Assembly (NCBI GenBank): GCA_905235735.1 | Contig: CAJOMU010000002.1 | Span: 12,482-76,481 of the forward strand | DNA length: 64,000 nt | Direction of reading: 5' to 3' | Source: an uncultured Synergistales bacterium | GTDB lineage: Bacteria > Synergistota > Synergistia > Synergistales > Aminobacteriaceae | Shown here: in pieces, positions 1-10,154 of the stretch | Layout: every line of letters begins with the position of its first letter | Position numbering within the stretch: the first letter of the stretch is position 1 | Position numbers and translations under genes: made by a program | The notes under the pieces: model-generated | The model's database searches: none | The model's input: only the letters and a program-made list of their open reading frames with translations | What the model was told of the DNA's origin: nothing

Positions 1-38
1 CGAGAGAATATCCAGCAAGAAAAACTCCTGAAGTCTTC

Positions 39-773
39 ATGCTCGTATGGGCAATCGTATTCGGAGTATCTGCTGTTATGTCTGGTGATATGCTCATGCT
101 CTCATGTACTGCCGCACCTCTCTCTTCGATTATCGGAAGGAAGCTCGATGTATGGCTTGAAAGTAAGAACATGTATTCAGTGAGAATTTCTGTTACGCTT
201 AATATATTGCTGTTAGTGCCTGTAGTCTTTATGATTCTTCCGTTTATGATGAATGCATTACCAGTGATAAAACTCTCTATGCTATCTCTACTCCCTTGGG
301 GAATAACAACGGGCCTCTTCCTGTTTGCATCATGGTACTACACGAAGACAAAGCAGATTGAGAAATGGGTACGCAATGTTCCAGGCGCTGCACTGTTATG
401 CCTGATGCCACTCGCAGGAGTATTTAACTTAACAGCAGAATCATATTCGGTCAGGGATATAGGATTGAGACTGAGAGATTCAGTGAAGGGAAATGACAGA
501 GTAATTCAGTACAGCGTGAACTATCCGTCGGTGTATTTCTATTCGTTCAGGAATTCAGGCTTGATTGACGCAGAACTTATGCCGGGAATAGCGGAGAAGA
601 AATTCATCGCAGATAATGAAGAGCTAAATAGATTTTGGAACGGTAAAGAGCGTGTATTCATGATAATACCTACTGAGAAGAGTGTGAATAATTCACTGCC
701 TAAAAATATATTCAGTATTATTGAATCAAATGGTATGCTGTTAATAAGCAACCAGAAATTAGAGAACAAATAA
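39..773 (+). CDS. Polytopic membrane protein, C-terminal portion. An ArnT/PMT-like GT39 glycosyltransferase is only a guess. The reading frame is open to the window edge, so the gene is probably 5'-truncated.
   Basis: Several hydrophobic helices are followed by a soluble tail. There is no in-frame stop between position 3 and the ATG at 39. The stop overlaps the next ORF start (TAATG at 771-775). Confidence 0.35.
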   Translation: MLVWAIVFGVSAVMSGDMLMLSCTAAPLSSIIGRKLDVWLESKNMYSVRISVTLNILLLVPVVFMILPFMMNALPVIKLSMLSLLPWGITTGLFLFASWYYTKTKQIEKWVRNVPGAALLCLMPLAGVFNLTAESYSVRDIGLRLRDSVKGNDRVIQYSVNYPSVYFYSFRNSGLIDAELMPGIAEKKFIADNEELNRFWNGKERVFMIIPTEKSVNNSLPKNIFSIIESNGMLLISNQKLENK

Positions 774-1594
774 TGAGGAGGAATCTTTGTATAATCATGC
801 GTAAAGTTTTTTGTGTTTTCTGTCTAATATTCATTCTCGCGTCATCTTCATTTGCAGACGTAAACCCTGACCCTGAAGTTCACAGAATAATCGGAGGGTT
901 ATATTCGCTTGTGGCATCTGCATGTCTCAATGACAACATAAACCCTCACATCAATAATATGTTTTCATTCTTCAAGGACATTCCCGAAAACTGGCAGAAC
1001 AATGCTAAAGTTGTCAGAGTAAACTCGTCAATATGGGTAGGTTTGGATGTGGATCAATATTCAACCGCGAGACCCTTCCTGAGAGAAAACGCAGAAGCAC
1101 TCAACATAACAGAATCTCCTGAAGGTTATGCATGGATAGGCGGAGATGAAGCATGGATGAAGGCCGGAAATATATACGACGGGAAGATACATCCGATAGC
1201 AATCAAAGCGGCTAAAGGTTCAGGCAATGATTCAAACGTAATATTCCTGAGCACTAAGGAACAAGATTCATGGTGGATGATGAACCCAACACCTAAGACA
1301 GATACAGCCAGAGAGATATTATCACTATGGGGAGTAAATCAAGCTCCTGAACTTCACAAGCCCGAAGGAAACAGAGTTAGCATTTATGAATCAGTGAAAC
1401 CTTCAGATGTAATCAAAAAGCCTGCGGGGATTCACATAGCTACAAGGAGAAACAAACTCGATATGTCAATGAATATCGGCGATGTAGTCTTTACTCCTGT
1501 ACCCCAGCTGAGACGCGACAGGACTACAGTTGAAGAAATAGAAGATGATGAGACAAGCTCTGACAAGAAACAGGAAGATAAAACGAAAAAGTAA
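773..1594 (+). CDS. Secreted hypothetical protein with an N-terminal signal peptide and an acidic/lysine-rich tail.
   Basis: The N-terminus MRKVFCVFCLIFILASSSFA-DVNP looks like a signal peptide. I recognise no family motif. An alternative start is the ATG at 797. Confidence 0.5.
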   Translation: MRRNLCIIMRKVFCVFCLIFILASSSFADVNPDPEVHRIIGGLYSLVASACLNDNINPHINNMFSFFKDIPENWQNNAKVVRVNSSIWVGLDVDQYSTARPFLRENAEALNITESPEGYAWIGGDEAWMKAGNIYDGKIHPIAIKAAKGSGNDSNVIFLSTKEQDSWWMMNPTPKTDTAREILSLWGVNQAPELHKPEGNRVSIYESVKPSDVIKKPAGIHIATRRNKLDMSMNIGDVVFTPVPQLRRDRTTVEEIEDDETSSDKKQEDKTKK

Positions 1595-1612
1595 AACAGG
1601 AGGGATTAAAAC

Positions 1613-2602
1613 ATGTCAGTATTAATATGCGGAGGAGCAGGTTATATCGGCTCACATAACGTAAGAGCATTCAAGGCACACGGCGAAGATGTAATCGTGA
1701 TTGACAGCTTAGAGACAGGACACAGGGCATCAATTCCTGAAGATGTTAAATTCTATGAGGGTGATATTAGGAATGGTGCGCTTCTCGATAAGATATTCAC
1801 TGAGAATAAGGTTGAGGCAGTGATTCATTTCTGCGCATTCTCGCTTGTAGGTGAAAGTGTTGAAGAACCATTGAAGTATTTTGATAACAACGTAGGCGGA
1901 ATGATAAGTTTGCTTGAGGCTATGCAGAGGAATGACGTTAAGCGAATAATCTTCTCATCATCAGCGGCAACATACGGTGAACCTAAACGAGTTCCAATTC
2001 TTGAGACTGACGAGACAAACCCAACGAACCCTTACGGTGAAAGCAAACGCATAATGGAAAAGATGATGCACTGGGTAACTGAACGTTATGATATTCGATA
2101 CGTCTCACTGCGATACTTCAATGTCGCTGGAGCATGGCATGACGGATCAATCGGTGAAGACCATAGACACGAGACTCATCTTGTGCCGATAATACTTCAG
2201 GTTCCAATGGGAAAACGCGAATTCGTTACGGTTTACGGTGATGACTACCCAACGAAAGACGGAACATGTATACGCGATTACGTTCATGTTGAGGACTTAG
2301 CACGTGCACACATTCTCGCACTCGAATATCTTCGCAACGGAGGTGAAAGCGGAATCTTCAATCTTGGAAGCGGTGAAGGCTATTCGGTTATGGAGATGAT
2401 TAATGCGGCAAGAACTGCAACAGGTCAGGACATTCCCGTGAAGGTCGGTGCAAGAAGAGCAGGAGACCCAGCGAGATTAATTGCAGATTCAACGAAGGCA
2501 CATAATGTTCTTCACTGGCAGCCGGAAATCACAAAAATGGAAGATATTATCGCAACCGCATGGAAGTGGCATAAATCCCACCCAAAAGGATACGCAGATT
2601 AA
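1613..2602 (+). CDS. galE: UDP-glucose 4-epimerase
   Basis: Rossmann motif GGAGYIGSH at the N-terminus, catalytic YGESK, 329 aa, and a GGAGG RBS upstream. Confidence 0.9.
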   Translation: MSVLICGGAGYIGSHNVRAFKAHGEDVIVIDSLETGHRASIPEDVKFYEGDIRNGALLDKIFTENKVEAVIHFCAFSLVGESVEEPLKYFDNNVGGMISLLEAMQRNDVKRIIFSSSAATYGEPKRVPILETDETNPTNPYGESKRIMEKMMHWVTERYDIRYVSLRYFNVAGAWHDGSIGEDHRHETHLVPIILQVPMGKREFVTVYGDDYPTKDGTCIRDYVHVEDLARAHILALEYLRNGGESGIFNLGSGEGYSVMEMINAARTATGQDIPVKVGARRAGDPARLIADSTKAHNVLHWQPEITKMEDIIATAWKWHKSHPKGYAD

Positions 2603-2608
2603 TCCAAC

Positions 2609-3895
2609 ATGGAAGTCTGGAGCGGAATATTAGACAGCTGTCCAGGATTGTTATGCTGTGTCGTGAACATCAGAGGCAGATTAGTTTACGCAACTCACGG
2701 CTACAAAACGATAGCTGCCCGTCTACTTGGCCATAAGTGCGAGGAAGGCAGGAATTATCCTCCGCTGATTAATGAACTCGACAAAACTCTTCATGAGATG
2801 CTCACTGCTGCATGTCTTGGGGGTACTAATGCAATTGAGGTTACAGAAAGGGGACGAGTATGGAATATTACAGCCTCACCATTGAGAATTACATCACAGA
2901 AGGTTGAAGGCGTAGTGATTCGCATAATGCGTTCGGAAAATGCAAAAGAGAAATCACCTGCTGCACCAATTGTACGCACTAACCCTAACGTATTGAACTC
3001 TGTACCCTTCAGAGCATGTGTAGTAGATTCAAACGGGTTAATACTCTCAGCGAATAAATTCCTGTCTTATGGTTTCAACACTGCATTAACCAGCCGGAAG
3101 ATAACGGACATTGCAGAACCAGAATCAGAAGATGAACTGAACAGCATAATCTCGAAACGTTCAGGACACGCAGAATGCAGAATGTATGAACTGAATGTGA
3201 AAGAGAATTTTTACACGTTCGATGAAAGCATATATCACGATGAAGAACTGAACACTAAAGACGACAAGACAGAAAAAGAATCAGAATCGCATGACACTTC
3301 CGAATTCAGGCATGTACGACTTCATGCAAGCCCAATACAATGGGATGAAAAAGAAGCAGTGATGATTACGTTCGAGGATGTAACAGAGTATACGCGTACA
3401 CATGAACAGTTACGTAAACTCTTAACGTTCGATTCATCATCGGGAATACTGAATCGCAGAGGACTTGAACATGTCATACTTCGTGAGCTTGGATCAACGA
3501 TAATGAAAGCCGGACATTTGAGCTTAATCATTATGGGCATAGATAACTTCAAGGAACTCAACAAGTCAAAAGGCTACATGTCAGGAAACCGTGTGCTTCG
3601 TGATTTCGTCTACACGATGAAGAAATTTCTCGCAGGCTATGAAAACACCTCAATGGGGAGATGGAGCGGTGATGAATTCATGATACTCGCTCATTGTTCT
3701 GGTGCGTCTGGTGTAGTGATAGCGGATGAAATGCGCGAGAGAATTAAGGATGTAGCATTGAGTGCAGGAGTTGCGGATCTCAATGACGGAGGATACGTGA
3801 GCGTGAATGAGTTCATCGGTGCTGCATATGATGCAATGAGTGAAGCGAAAGGCAACGGCGGTAATCAGACAGTGCTTGCGAGACGGAACAAGTAA
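2609..3895 (+). CDS. Sensor diguanylate cyclase-like protein: PAS-like N-terminal region plus a GGDEF domain with an SGDEF active-site variant.
   Basis: The C-terminal domain reads GIDNFKELNKSKGYMSGNRVLRDF...GRWSGDEFMIL. No RxxD I-site lies 5 residues upstream of SGDEF. Confidence 0.75.
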   Translation: MEVWSGILDSCPGLLCCVVNIRGRLVYATHGYKTIAARLLGHKCEEGRNYPPLINELDKTLHEMLTAACLGGTNAIEVTERGRVWNITASPLRITSQKVEGVVIRIMRSENAKEKSPAAPIVRTNPNVLNSVPFRACVVDSNGLILSANKFLSYGFNTALTSRKITDIAEPESEDELNSIISKRSGHAECRMYELNVKENFYTFDESIYHDEELNTKDDKTEKESESHDTSEFRHVRLHASPIQWDEKEAVMITFEDVTEYTRTHEQLRKLLTFDSSSGILNRRGLEHVILRELGSTIMKAGHLSLIIMGIDNFKELNKSKGYMSGNRVLRDFVYTMKKFLAGYENTSMGRWSGDEFMILAHCSGASGVVIADEMRERIKDVALSAGVADLNDGGYVSVNEFIGAAYDAMSEAKGNGGNQTVLARRNK

Positions 3896-3897
3896 GA

Positions 3898-4662
3898 ATG
3901 ATACGTGCGCTTAAACGTTACGGTCAGAATTTTCTTCAGGACAGGAATATTCTCGCATTCATGATTGAACGTTCTGGTGTATGTGAGAATGACTGCGTTC
4001 TTGAAATCGGGCCTGGACACGGAATTTTGACACGTGCACTTCTTGATTCAAATGTGAAGTGCGTGCATTCAGTTGAACTTGATGAAAGGTTTCATGATGA
4101 GCTAGATGAACTTTCATTGAGAGATACCCGATTGCAAGTTCATTGGGGAGATGCAGTTACGTTCGATTATGATTCGCTTGTTCCGTTTCCGAATAAGGTT
4201 ATCGCGAACATTCCGTATAACATTACGACACCGTTAATCTGGAAATTGATTCAGTATGCGGAACATGGCCTGACGTATCACATGTACATGTTGCAGAAGG
4301 AAGCTGCAATACGTCTCACTGCACCACCAGACACGAAGGCGCGTTATCCTCTGGGAGTTACGATTGAGGCGACTGGTCATGCATCAATCGTGAAGAATGT
4401 ATCACGTGAATGTTTCAGGCCAATCCCGAATGTTGATTCAGTTATCGCAGAGATTGTGATTGAGCGAAATTTTGAGATTGCATGTGATTCATTGTGGAGT
4501 GAAATGCTTCACAGGGGATTTGCACACAGACGGAAGACATTGCAGAATAACCTGAAGGATTTTGTGAGTGTTCCTGATGAGTATGCGAAGATGAGGGCGG
4601 AGGATTTGACGTGTAATGAATGGATTGAAATATACAACATGAAAAAAGCCCCCGCAGTATAA
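3898..4662 (+). CDS. rsmA: 16S rRNA (adenine1518/1519-N6)-dimethyltransferase
   Basis: N-terminal YGQNFLQD, SAM motif LEIGPGHGILT, NIPYNITTP, 254 aa. Confidence 0.9.
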   Translation: MIRALKRYGQNFLQDRNILAFMIERSGVCENDCVLEIGPGHGILTRALLDSNVKCVHSVELDERFHDELDELSLRDTRLQVHWGDAVTFDYDSLVPFPNKVIANIPYNITTPLIWKLIQYAEHGLTYHMYMLQKEAAIRLTAPPDTKARYPLGVTIEATGHASIVKNVSRECFRPIPNVDSVIAEIVIERNFEIACDSLWSEMLHRGFAHRRKTLQNNLKDFVSVPDEYAKMRAEDLTCNEWIEIYNMKKAPAV

Positions 4663-4691
4663 ATTCACGGAGGCATAATTCATTTTTTCTG

Positions 4692-5909
4692 TTAATCTTC
4701 TTTCTTTAATATATCTGCGTCTGTTACTTCCTCTTCTTTTTCCTCAATAATAATTGTTTCTTCATCCGAATCATCTTCTGCCGCACTGAGTTCTTCACCT
4801 TCAGCTAAAGGTTCTTCAAACACAGAATCATCGAACACAATATCATCATCATCAAGAGGTTCAGGAAGTTCAATCTCTTCATTATCTTCAGTCTTTCCAA
4901 TTTCATCGTAGGCGAGAGGTTGACCTTCAGAGACAGCAAACATATCTTCAGATTCAGATTCAGATTCGGGTTCAATTTCTGGTTCTGCTGGTTCAGGTTC
5001 CTCAATCACGATCGCTTCTTCAATCTCAGGTTCGGGTTCAGCTTCAGGTTCAGGTTGTTCATCAGGCTGTTCAGTCTGAGGTTCAGGTTCTAATTCTGCT
5101 TCTGATTCTTGTGATGCTTCATCAAGTTTTTCTTCAATCGTATGAAATGCTTCTGCTAATTCCTCGTCTGGTTGAGTTGACCCTTCCGGCACGAGGTCAA
5201 AACCTTCACTAATAGGAGGCAATTCAGGTTCAGGCTCTCCTTCTGATGCAGGAGCAGGCTCTTCTGTTACTGATTCGGCTTCAGGTTCGGGTTCAATTTC
5301 GGTTTCAGGTTGCGGTTCTGGTTCAGGTGTCGGAACTTCAACGGGTTCAGATATTATTCCTGATACATCTTCGGATGCAGGCTGATTTATCGTTACTGTC
5401 TCATCAACTGGAAGACTCTCGAATTCTTTCACGTTCTGCACAACTGGAACAAACACAGCTATTATCTTCGTGTTCTTAGTGTCTCCGGCGGCATCATGTA
5501 TTGCCTTCACGACCTCGTTATACAGCCATGAATGACGCTCTTCCTTCTGCGGAATGACATTCACAATCTCTACTGAAGGTTCATTCTGCGTTTCTGATTC
5601 TGATGCTGATTCTGTTGATTCTGCTTTTGGTTCTTCTGGTACAAATTCAGTTTCAGTTTCAGGTTTTACATCATCATGTGCATGACCACCCATAAACCTG
5701 TCTGCTGAAAATTTTCCTGAGCCATTTCCTTCCGCAAAACTTCTCCTGATTCTTTCCTCTACGCTTATTCTTTCAGGACGTTCCGGTTCTTCTCCCTGTT
5801 CCCTGAGCCATTCTGCCTGATGCTTATCTATCACAGAATGTATGTTCTCAAGTCCCTTAAATATCCGCATCGTTCGTATCTTCCTCTTTCCTGTCCGTCC
5901 AGACTTCAT
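4692..5909 (-). CDS. Extremely acidic Glu/Pro-rich low-complexity protein with a short basic N-terminus. Possible partner of the upstream ParA-like ATPase.
   Basis: 405 aa with long EPEPEPQPETEIEPEPEAE-type tracts, and GGTTCAGGTTC-type DNA periodicity on the plus strand. It overlaps the 3' end of the ParA-like gene. The start is uncertain (ATG 5909 or 5870). Confidence 0.6.
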   Translation of the reverse strand: MKSGRTGKRKIRTMRIFKGLENIHSVIDKHQAEWLREQGEEPERPERISVEERIRRSFAEGNGSGKFSADRFMGGHAHDDVKPETETEFVPEEPKAESTESASESETQNEPSVEIVNVIPQKEERHSWLYNEVVKAIHDAAGDTKNTKIIAVFVPVVQNVKEFESLPVDETVTINQPASEDVSGIISEPVEVPTPEPEPQPETEIEPEPEAESVTEEPAPASEGEPEPELPPISEGFDLVPEGSTQPDEELAEAFHTIEEKLDEASQESEAELEPEPQTEQPDEQPEPEAEPEPEIEEAIVIEEPEPAEPEIEPESESESEDMFAVSEGQPLAYDEIGKTEDNEEIELPEPLDDDDIVFDDSVFEEPLAEGEELSAAEDDSDEETIIIEEKEEEVTDADILKKED

Positions 5910-6546
5910 TTATGTCTGTTACTCCGTCATTCAACTTGTCCATTGCCTTGATTATCTTCTCGTACAATCTTTCAAACGGCTGTCTCGATCTCGCCATTAA
6001 TCCCGTTGACCATACAAGCCCTGACGTAATGTTGAACGGAATCCTCTTGTGTAACGGCAAATCCTCAGCTACAGGGTAATCACGCTCTGAGATTAACTGT
6101 TCTGCTATCTTGCTCATCGCTGAGTTATCGTACCCTATCTTCACTAACGGCATTTGTGCTTTCTCTTTCCCTGACTTCAATGCAATTGAATACAGCACTG
6201 CAAGATTCGACAATGAGAAGAAATCCGGTCTCACTGGTGCAACTATTATGTCAGCGAAATCTATCGCCTTCTTCGATGAATCATCAAGTGTAGGAGGGCA
6301 GTCAATGACTATCCATTCTTCTGGTGAATCCGCATCTGAATCCTCAAGCGTATCCTTCAGACGTAATGAATTCCTGAAATAGTTTTTCATGAAACCGAGT
6401 GCATCCGAAAAGTTCCGTGAAGGGTCAAGGTCAACGGCAAGAACTTTATTGTGCCTGATCAACGCTATCTGTGCAAGTATAACTGCTATGGTTGTCTTGC
6501 CTACTCCGCCTTTACGGTTAAAAACTGCTGCTGCAATTTTCGACAT
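5857..6546 (-). CDS. ParA/MinD-family P-loop ATPase (orphan; no ParB seen)
   Basis: Deviant Walker A NRKGGVGKTT at residues 10-19, VIDCPP Walker B-like motif, 229 aa. Confidence 0.8.
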   Translation of the reverse strand: MSKIAAAVFNRKGGVGKTTIAVILAQIALIRHNKVLAVDLDPSRNFSDALGFMKNYFRNSLRLKDTLEDSDADSPEEWIVIDCPPTLDDSSKKAIDFADIIVAPVRPDFFSLSNLAVLYSIALKSGKEKAQMPLVKIGYDNSAMSKIAEQLISERDYPVAEDLPLHKRIPFNITSGLVWSTGLMARSRQPFERLYEKIIKAMDKLNDGVTDINEVWTDRKEEDTNDADI

Positions 6547-6692
6547 GTTTTAATCACCTGTATATAAATTTTTATTCTGCTTTCATCATAATAATAATAG
6601 ATACTAGCACAATCGCAACCCCTGTAAAATTTGCCGCATCTATCTGTTCATTATATAACAGCATACCCGCGATAACGGCTGATTTCCTGTAA

Positions 6693-7319
6693 TCATATTC
6701 CTGCGTTCTTTTTGCTCTTGAACTCATGCACCGCTAACATAAACTTCATGACCTTCCTGTAATCTTTCAGTCTGTTGGATTCAACTCCTGTACTGACATC
6801 GAGAGCGTAAGGCTGAGGAGTGATTGAGAGTGCCTGCTGAACATTTTCGGGAGTCAATCCTCCTGCAAGAAAAAATTTCCGGCTTGTTGAACCTATCAAT
6901 GACCAGTCAAATGTCCTGCCGCTTCCCTCTCCTGAATCGAGAAGCACATAATCCGCAGTAGTATTCATTGCGCGGTCAATATCAATCGGACGTTTAATTT
7001 TGAATGCCTTTATGATAGGACAGTGAATCAGTTCACGTAATGCCGCAATATATTCTCTTGTTTCATCGCCGTGAAGCTGAATTATGTCGATACCAGAAAC
7101 TTCGATGCACATGGCCACAGTTTGAAGAGATGCATTCGAGAACACACCGACGGTTTTAATCTTCGGATTGAGTTTAGATCTCAGTATACCGGCATGTTCA
7201 GGTGCAATGAATCTTTTGCTTCTTGGTACGAAAATGAAACCGATGTAATCAGGATGAAGTTCATTCATGATTCCTATTTCAATTTCGTGGGATATTCCGC
7301 AGATTTTAACTTTCACCAT
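6693..7319 (-). CDS. trpF: Phosphoribosylanthranilate isomerase
   Basis: MVKVKICGI start, IQLHGDE motif, 208 aa. No other trp genes are adjacent. Confidence 0.8.
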   Translation of the reverse strand: MVKVKICGISHEIEIGIMNELHPDYIGFIFVPRSKRFIAPEHAGILRSKLNPKIKTVGVFSNASLQTVAMCIEVSGIDIIQLHGDETREYIAALRELIHCPIIKAFKIKRPIDIDRAMNTTADYVLLDSGEGSGRTFDWSLIGSTSRKFFLAGGLTPENVQQALSITPQPYALDVSTGVESNRLKDYRKVMKFMLAVHEFKSKKNAGI

Positions 7320-7413
7320 TTTGTTTTATCCTCTGTTGGGAAAAATAAAAAGCAGAGCCATAAAAAAAGCCCTGCTCAAATTATATCAGGTTGTTATGTG
7401 AATTCTTCGCTTA

Positions 7414-8874
7414 TTATTTCACTAACTGCACTTCAGATTCACTCGGAAGTCTGAATAACGGAATGAATCTGTCGAGACCTGTTAATGTGAGAATGAGCAT
7501 AGAGAGTACAGCAATCCATGCGAGATAGTTATGTGCAATCATATCAAGGATACTTATTGAGTCCTTAGCCATAGGATAAACTGCAACTGTTACGCCAACG
7601 AAATATGACAGGTAAACGTGCCATGGGATTAACTGTGAACCGAATACCCCCATTGCATCAGCGAAGGTTGCATTACGTAATGCGAGCTTGTACATTGCTT
7701 TTGAATCACCTTTAACGTGTTTCTCTGTCATGTCCTTAATGATTGGGCTTATCGTTACTATCTGAGCCATTTCATCAGCGAGTGCAGCATTACCTATGAG
7801 ACATAAGAGACCATTAGCGAACATAAGATGCCTGACTTTGCTTACACACTTCAGAACTAATGAAGCTACTGCATTGAATGCATCCATTCTTCCCATTACA
7901 CCGCCGAATGCACCTATCCAGAGCATCATAACGATAACCCAGCTTCCTGCGTCTGCAAAACTTGACTGAACAAGATCGAGGAATGACATTATGCTTGTAA
8001 CTGTTCCAGCGAAGTAACCGAGCACAAGAGATGAAAAAATTCCTGCGAAAAGACAGACAAGGGTATTTGTTCCTATGCCTGCCAGAACAATAACGAGGAT
8101 TAACGGGATGCACATATAATATGGTACTCCAGTTTCAACGAGCTTCAGTAACTGCACAGCTTGAGGGCCTCTGCTGCCGCCTTCTGTTTCAAGAGCAGTG
8201 AGAACATCGGGTGTAATCTTTGACATTGCATCTCCTGTACTGCCAACTGCGTCAGGAAGTCCCATATTCACAGCCGCGAAGTAGAATGCTGCTGCTCCTG
8301 CAACGAGACATAGGAACGACCATACACCCTGATGACGAACTCTGTCTGTTATGACTACTCCCTGAAGGTTTGAGCTTACGACAGTTGTATCAGAGATTAA
8401 GCCGATGTTATCTCCGAAGCATGAACCTCCTGCAACTGCTGATACAGTAAGAATCAAACTGCCGCCAAGAATATCATTGAGCCATAAGAATATCGGTGCA
8501 CATGCCGCGAAAGTTCCCCATGAAGTTCCTGTTGCGATTGATAGTATTGCTGTAACTATAAGTGCAATCACGGGGACAAGTTTAGCTGTTGCTCCCATTG
8601 AGAGGGCCATGTTGATGATTGAGGCTGATACACCTGTAGTCATGAAACATGCAGCTACAGCATATGCCATTTGCAGAATCAGAAAGACTACGAGAATATG
8701 TTTCAGGTTATCAAGTGCGGCCTCCATGAGGTCATTGAAGCGAACATGTGCGAAGATCATACCGACAATAAACGCGTAAACAAGAGCGATGGGGGCAGCA
8801 ATAAGGACATCAAAGCCGAACCATATCAGGACTCCCAATACGATAACAGGGCTTAATTTAAGAATGGATAACAT
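7414..8874 (-). CDS. nhaC: NhaC-family Na+/H+ antiporter-like membrane transporter
   Basis: 486 aa, about 11-12 hydrophobic helices, GDNIGLISDTTV motif typical of the NhaC family. Confidence 0.6.
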   Translation of the reverse strand: MLSILKLSPVIVLGVLIWFGFDVLIAAPIALVYAFIVGMIFAHVRFNDLMEAALDNLKHILVVFLILQMAYAVAACFMTTGVSASIINMALSMGATAKLVPVIALIVTAILSIATGTSWGTFAACAPIFLWLNDILGGSLILTVSAVAGGSCFGDNIGLISDTTVVSSNLQGVVITDRVRHQGVWSFLCLVAGAAAFYFAAVNMGLPDAVGSTGDAMSKITPDVLTALETEGGSRGPQAVQLLKLVETGVPYYMCIPLILVIVLAGIGTNTLVCLFAGIFSSLVLGYFAGTVTSIMSFLDLVQSSFADAGSWVIVMMLWIGAFGGVMGRMDAFNAVASLVLKCVSKVRHLMFANGLLCLIGNAALADEMAQIVTISPIIKDMTEKHVKGDSKAMYKLALRNATFADAMGVFGSQLIPWHVYLSYFVGVTVAVYPMAKDSISILDMIAHNYLAWIAVLSMLILTLTGLDRFIPLFRLPSESEVQLVK

Positions 8875-8979
8875 GATTGGTTATTCAACTCCCTGAAAAG
8901 AAAAAATTTTTGAATAATTTTATCAGATTCATTAAGGGCATGTATACTTATTATTAAATTTCGGAAGGAAGATGTTAAT

Positions 8980-10086
8980 GTGAGAGTGTTATTCATCAAT
9001 TCGGTATGCGGAACCGGGAGCACAGGAAAGATTACTGCGGAGCTTGCAGAAGAATATGAACGTGAGGGTCATGAAGTGAGAATCGCTTACGGAAGAAGTT
9101 CATATGTCCCGGAAAAATACAGGAGGATTGCGATTCGGATTGGCTCATCTTTTGACGTATACCTCCATGCGATAATGACGCGCTTAACTGACAGGCACGG
9201 CTTCTATTCATCGCATGCTACGAAGAGATTTCTGAAATGGGCAGATGAATACAATCCTGACATATTATGGCTTCATAACATTCACGGTTACTATATCAAC
9301 ATTGATCTTCTCTTCAACTGGATAAAGTCGCGCAGGAACATGAAAGTATTCTGGACTCTTCATGACTGCTGGAGCTTCACGGGTCATTGCGGATATTTCA
9401 CTATGGCCGGGTGCAGTAAGTGGCAGGTTCATTGTGAGAGATGTCCTCAGAGAAATTCATATCCGTCAAGCATTTGGGATAACAGTTACAGAAATTTTGA
9501 TGATAAGCGAAGATTATTCTCTGGCATTCAGGACATGACGATAATAACGCCGTCGAAATGGCTTGCAAGTTTAGTGAAGCAGAGTTACCTGAAAGAATAT
9601 CCTGTTGAGGTGAGATATAACACGATAGACAGAAATATATTCAGGCCGACATTCGGAAATTTCAGAGAGAGATTCAATCTTGCGGATAAGAAAATCATTC
9701 TCGGAGTTGCAAGCATATGGGAGAAACGGAAAGGTCTTGATGATTTTGTGAGACTGTCAGAAATTCTTGATGCTGATAAGTACGCAATCGTTCTTGTGGG
9801 AGTGAAACCTGAACAGAAAAAGGCACTTCCCAAAAATATTATTGCGATTCAGAGAACGAATAACCAGAAAGAACTTGCAGAGATATATACGTCCGCAGAT
9901 ATATTCTTCAACCCATCGTATGAGGATAATTACCCGACAGTGAATCTTGAAGCAGAAGCATGTGGTACACCAGTGATCACATATGATGCAGGGGGATGTC
10001 CTGAGACGATACATAATGATTCATCACGTGTTGTACCATGCGGAGATATTGAGAGCGTGAAGATGATTATTGAATCTATGAAATAA
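8980..10086 (+). CDS. Glycosyltransferase, GT-B fold (group 1 / GT4-like)
   Basis: C-terminal EX7E-type motif SYEDNYPTVNLEAEACGTPVITYDAGG. GTG start. Confidence 0.75.
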   Translation: MRVLFINSVCGTGSTGKITAELAEEYEREGHEVRIAYGRSSYVPEKYRRIAIRIGSSFDVYLHAIMTRLTDRHGFYSSHATKRFLKWADEYNPDILWLHNIHGYYINIDLLFNWIKSRRNMKVFWTLHDCWSFTGHCGYFTMAGCSKWQVHCERCPQRNSYPSSIWDNSYRNFDDKRRLFSGIQDMTIITPSKWLASLVKQSYLKEYPVEVRYNTIDRNIFRPTFGNFRERFNLADKKIILGVASIWEKRKGLDDFVRLSEILDADKYAIVLVGVKPEQKKALPKNIIAIQRTNNQKELAEIYTSADIFFNPSYEDNYPTVNLEAEACGTPVITYDAGGCPETIHNDSSRVVPCGDIESVKMIIESMK

Positions 10087-10154
10087 AGAAGACCCCGAAG
10101 ATTTTTCTCCGAAGTCTTTCATTTTCACGTTCGTGTTTCTGTTCGTGAATAGCT

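Noticed and set aside
10087-10154. Possible bidirectional terminator between the glycosyltransferase gene and fliD (GAAGAC...GTCTTTC, with two direct CCGAAG copies).
   Set aside because: The stem is only ~6 bp with a 20-nt loop, the CCGAAG copies are direct rather than inverted, and there is no clear U-tract. This is too weak to call.
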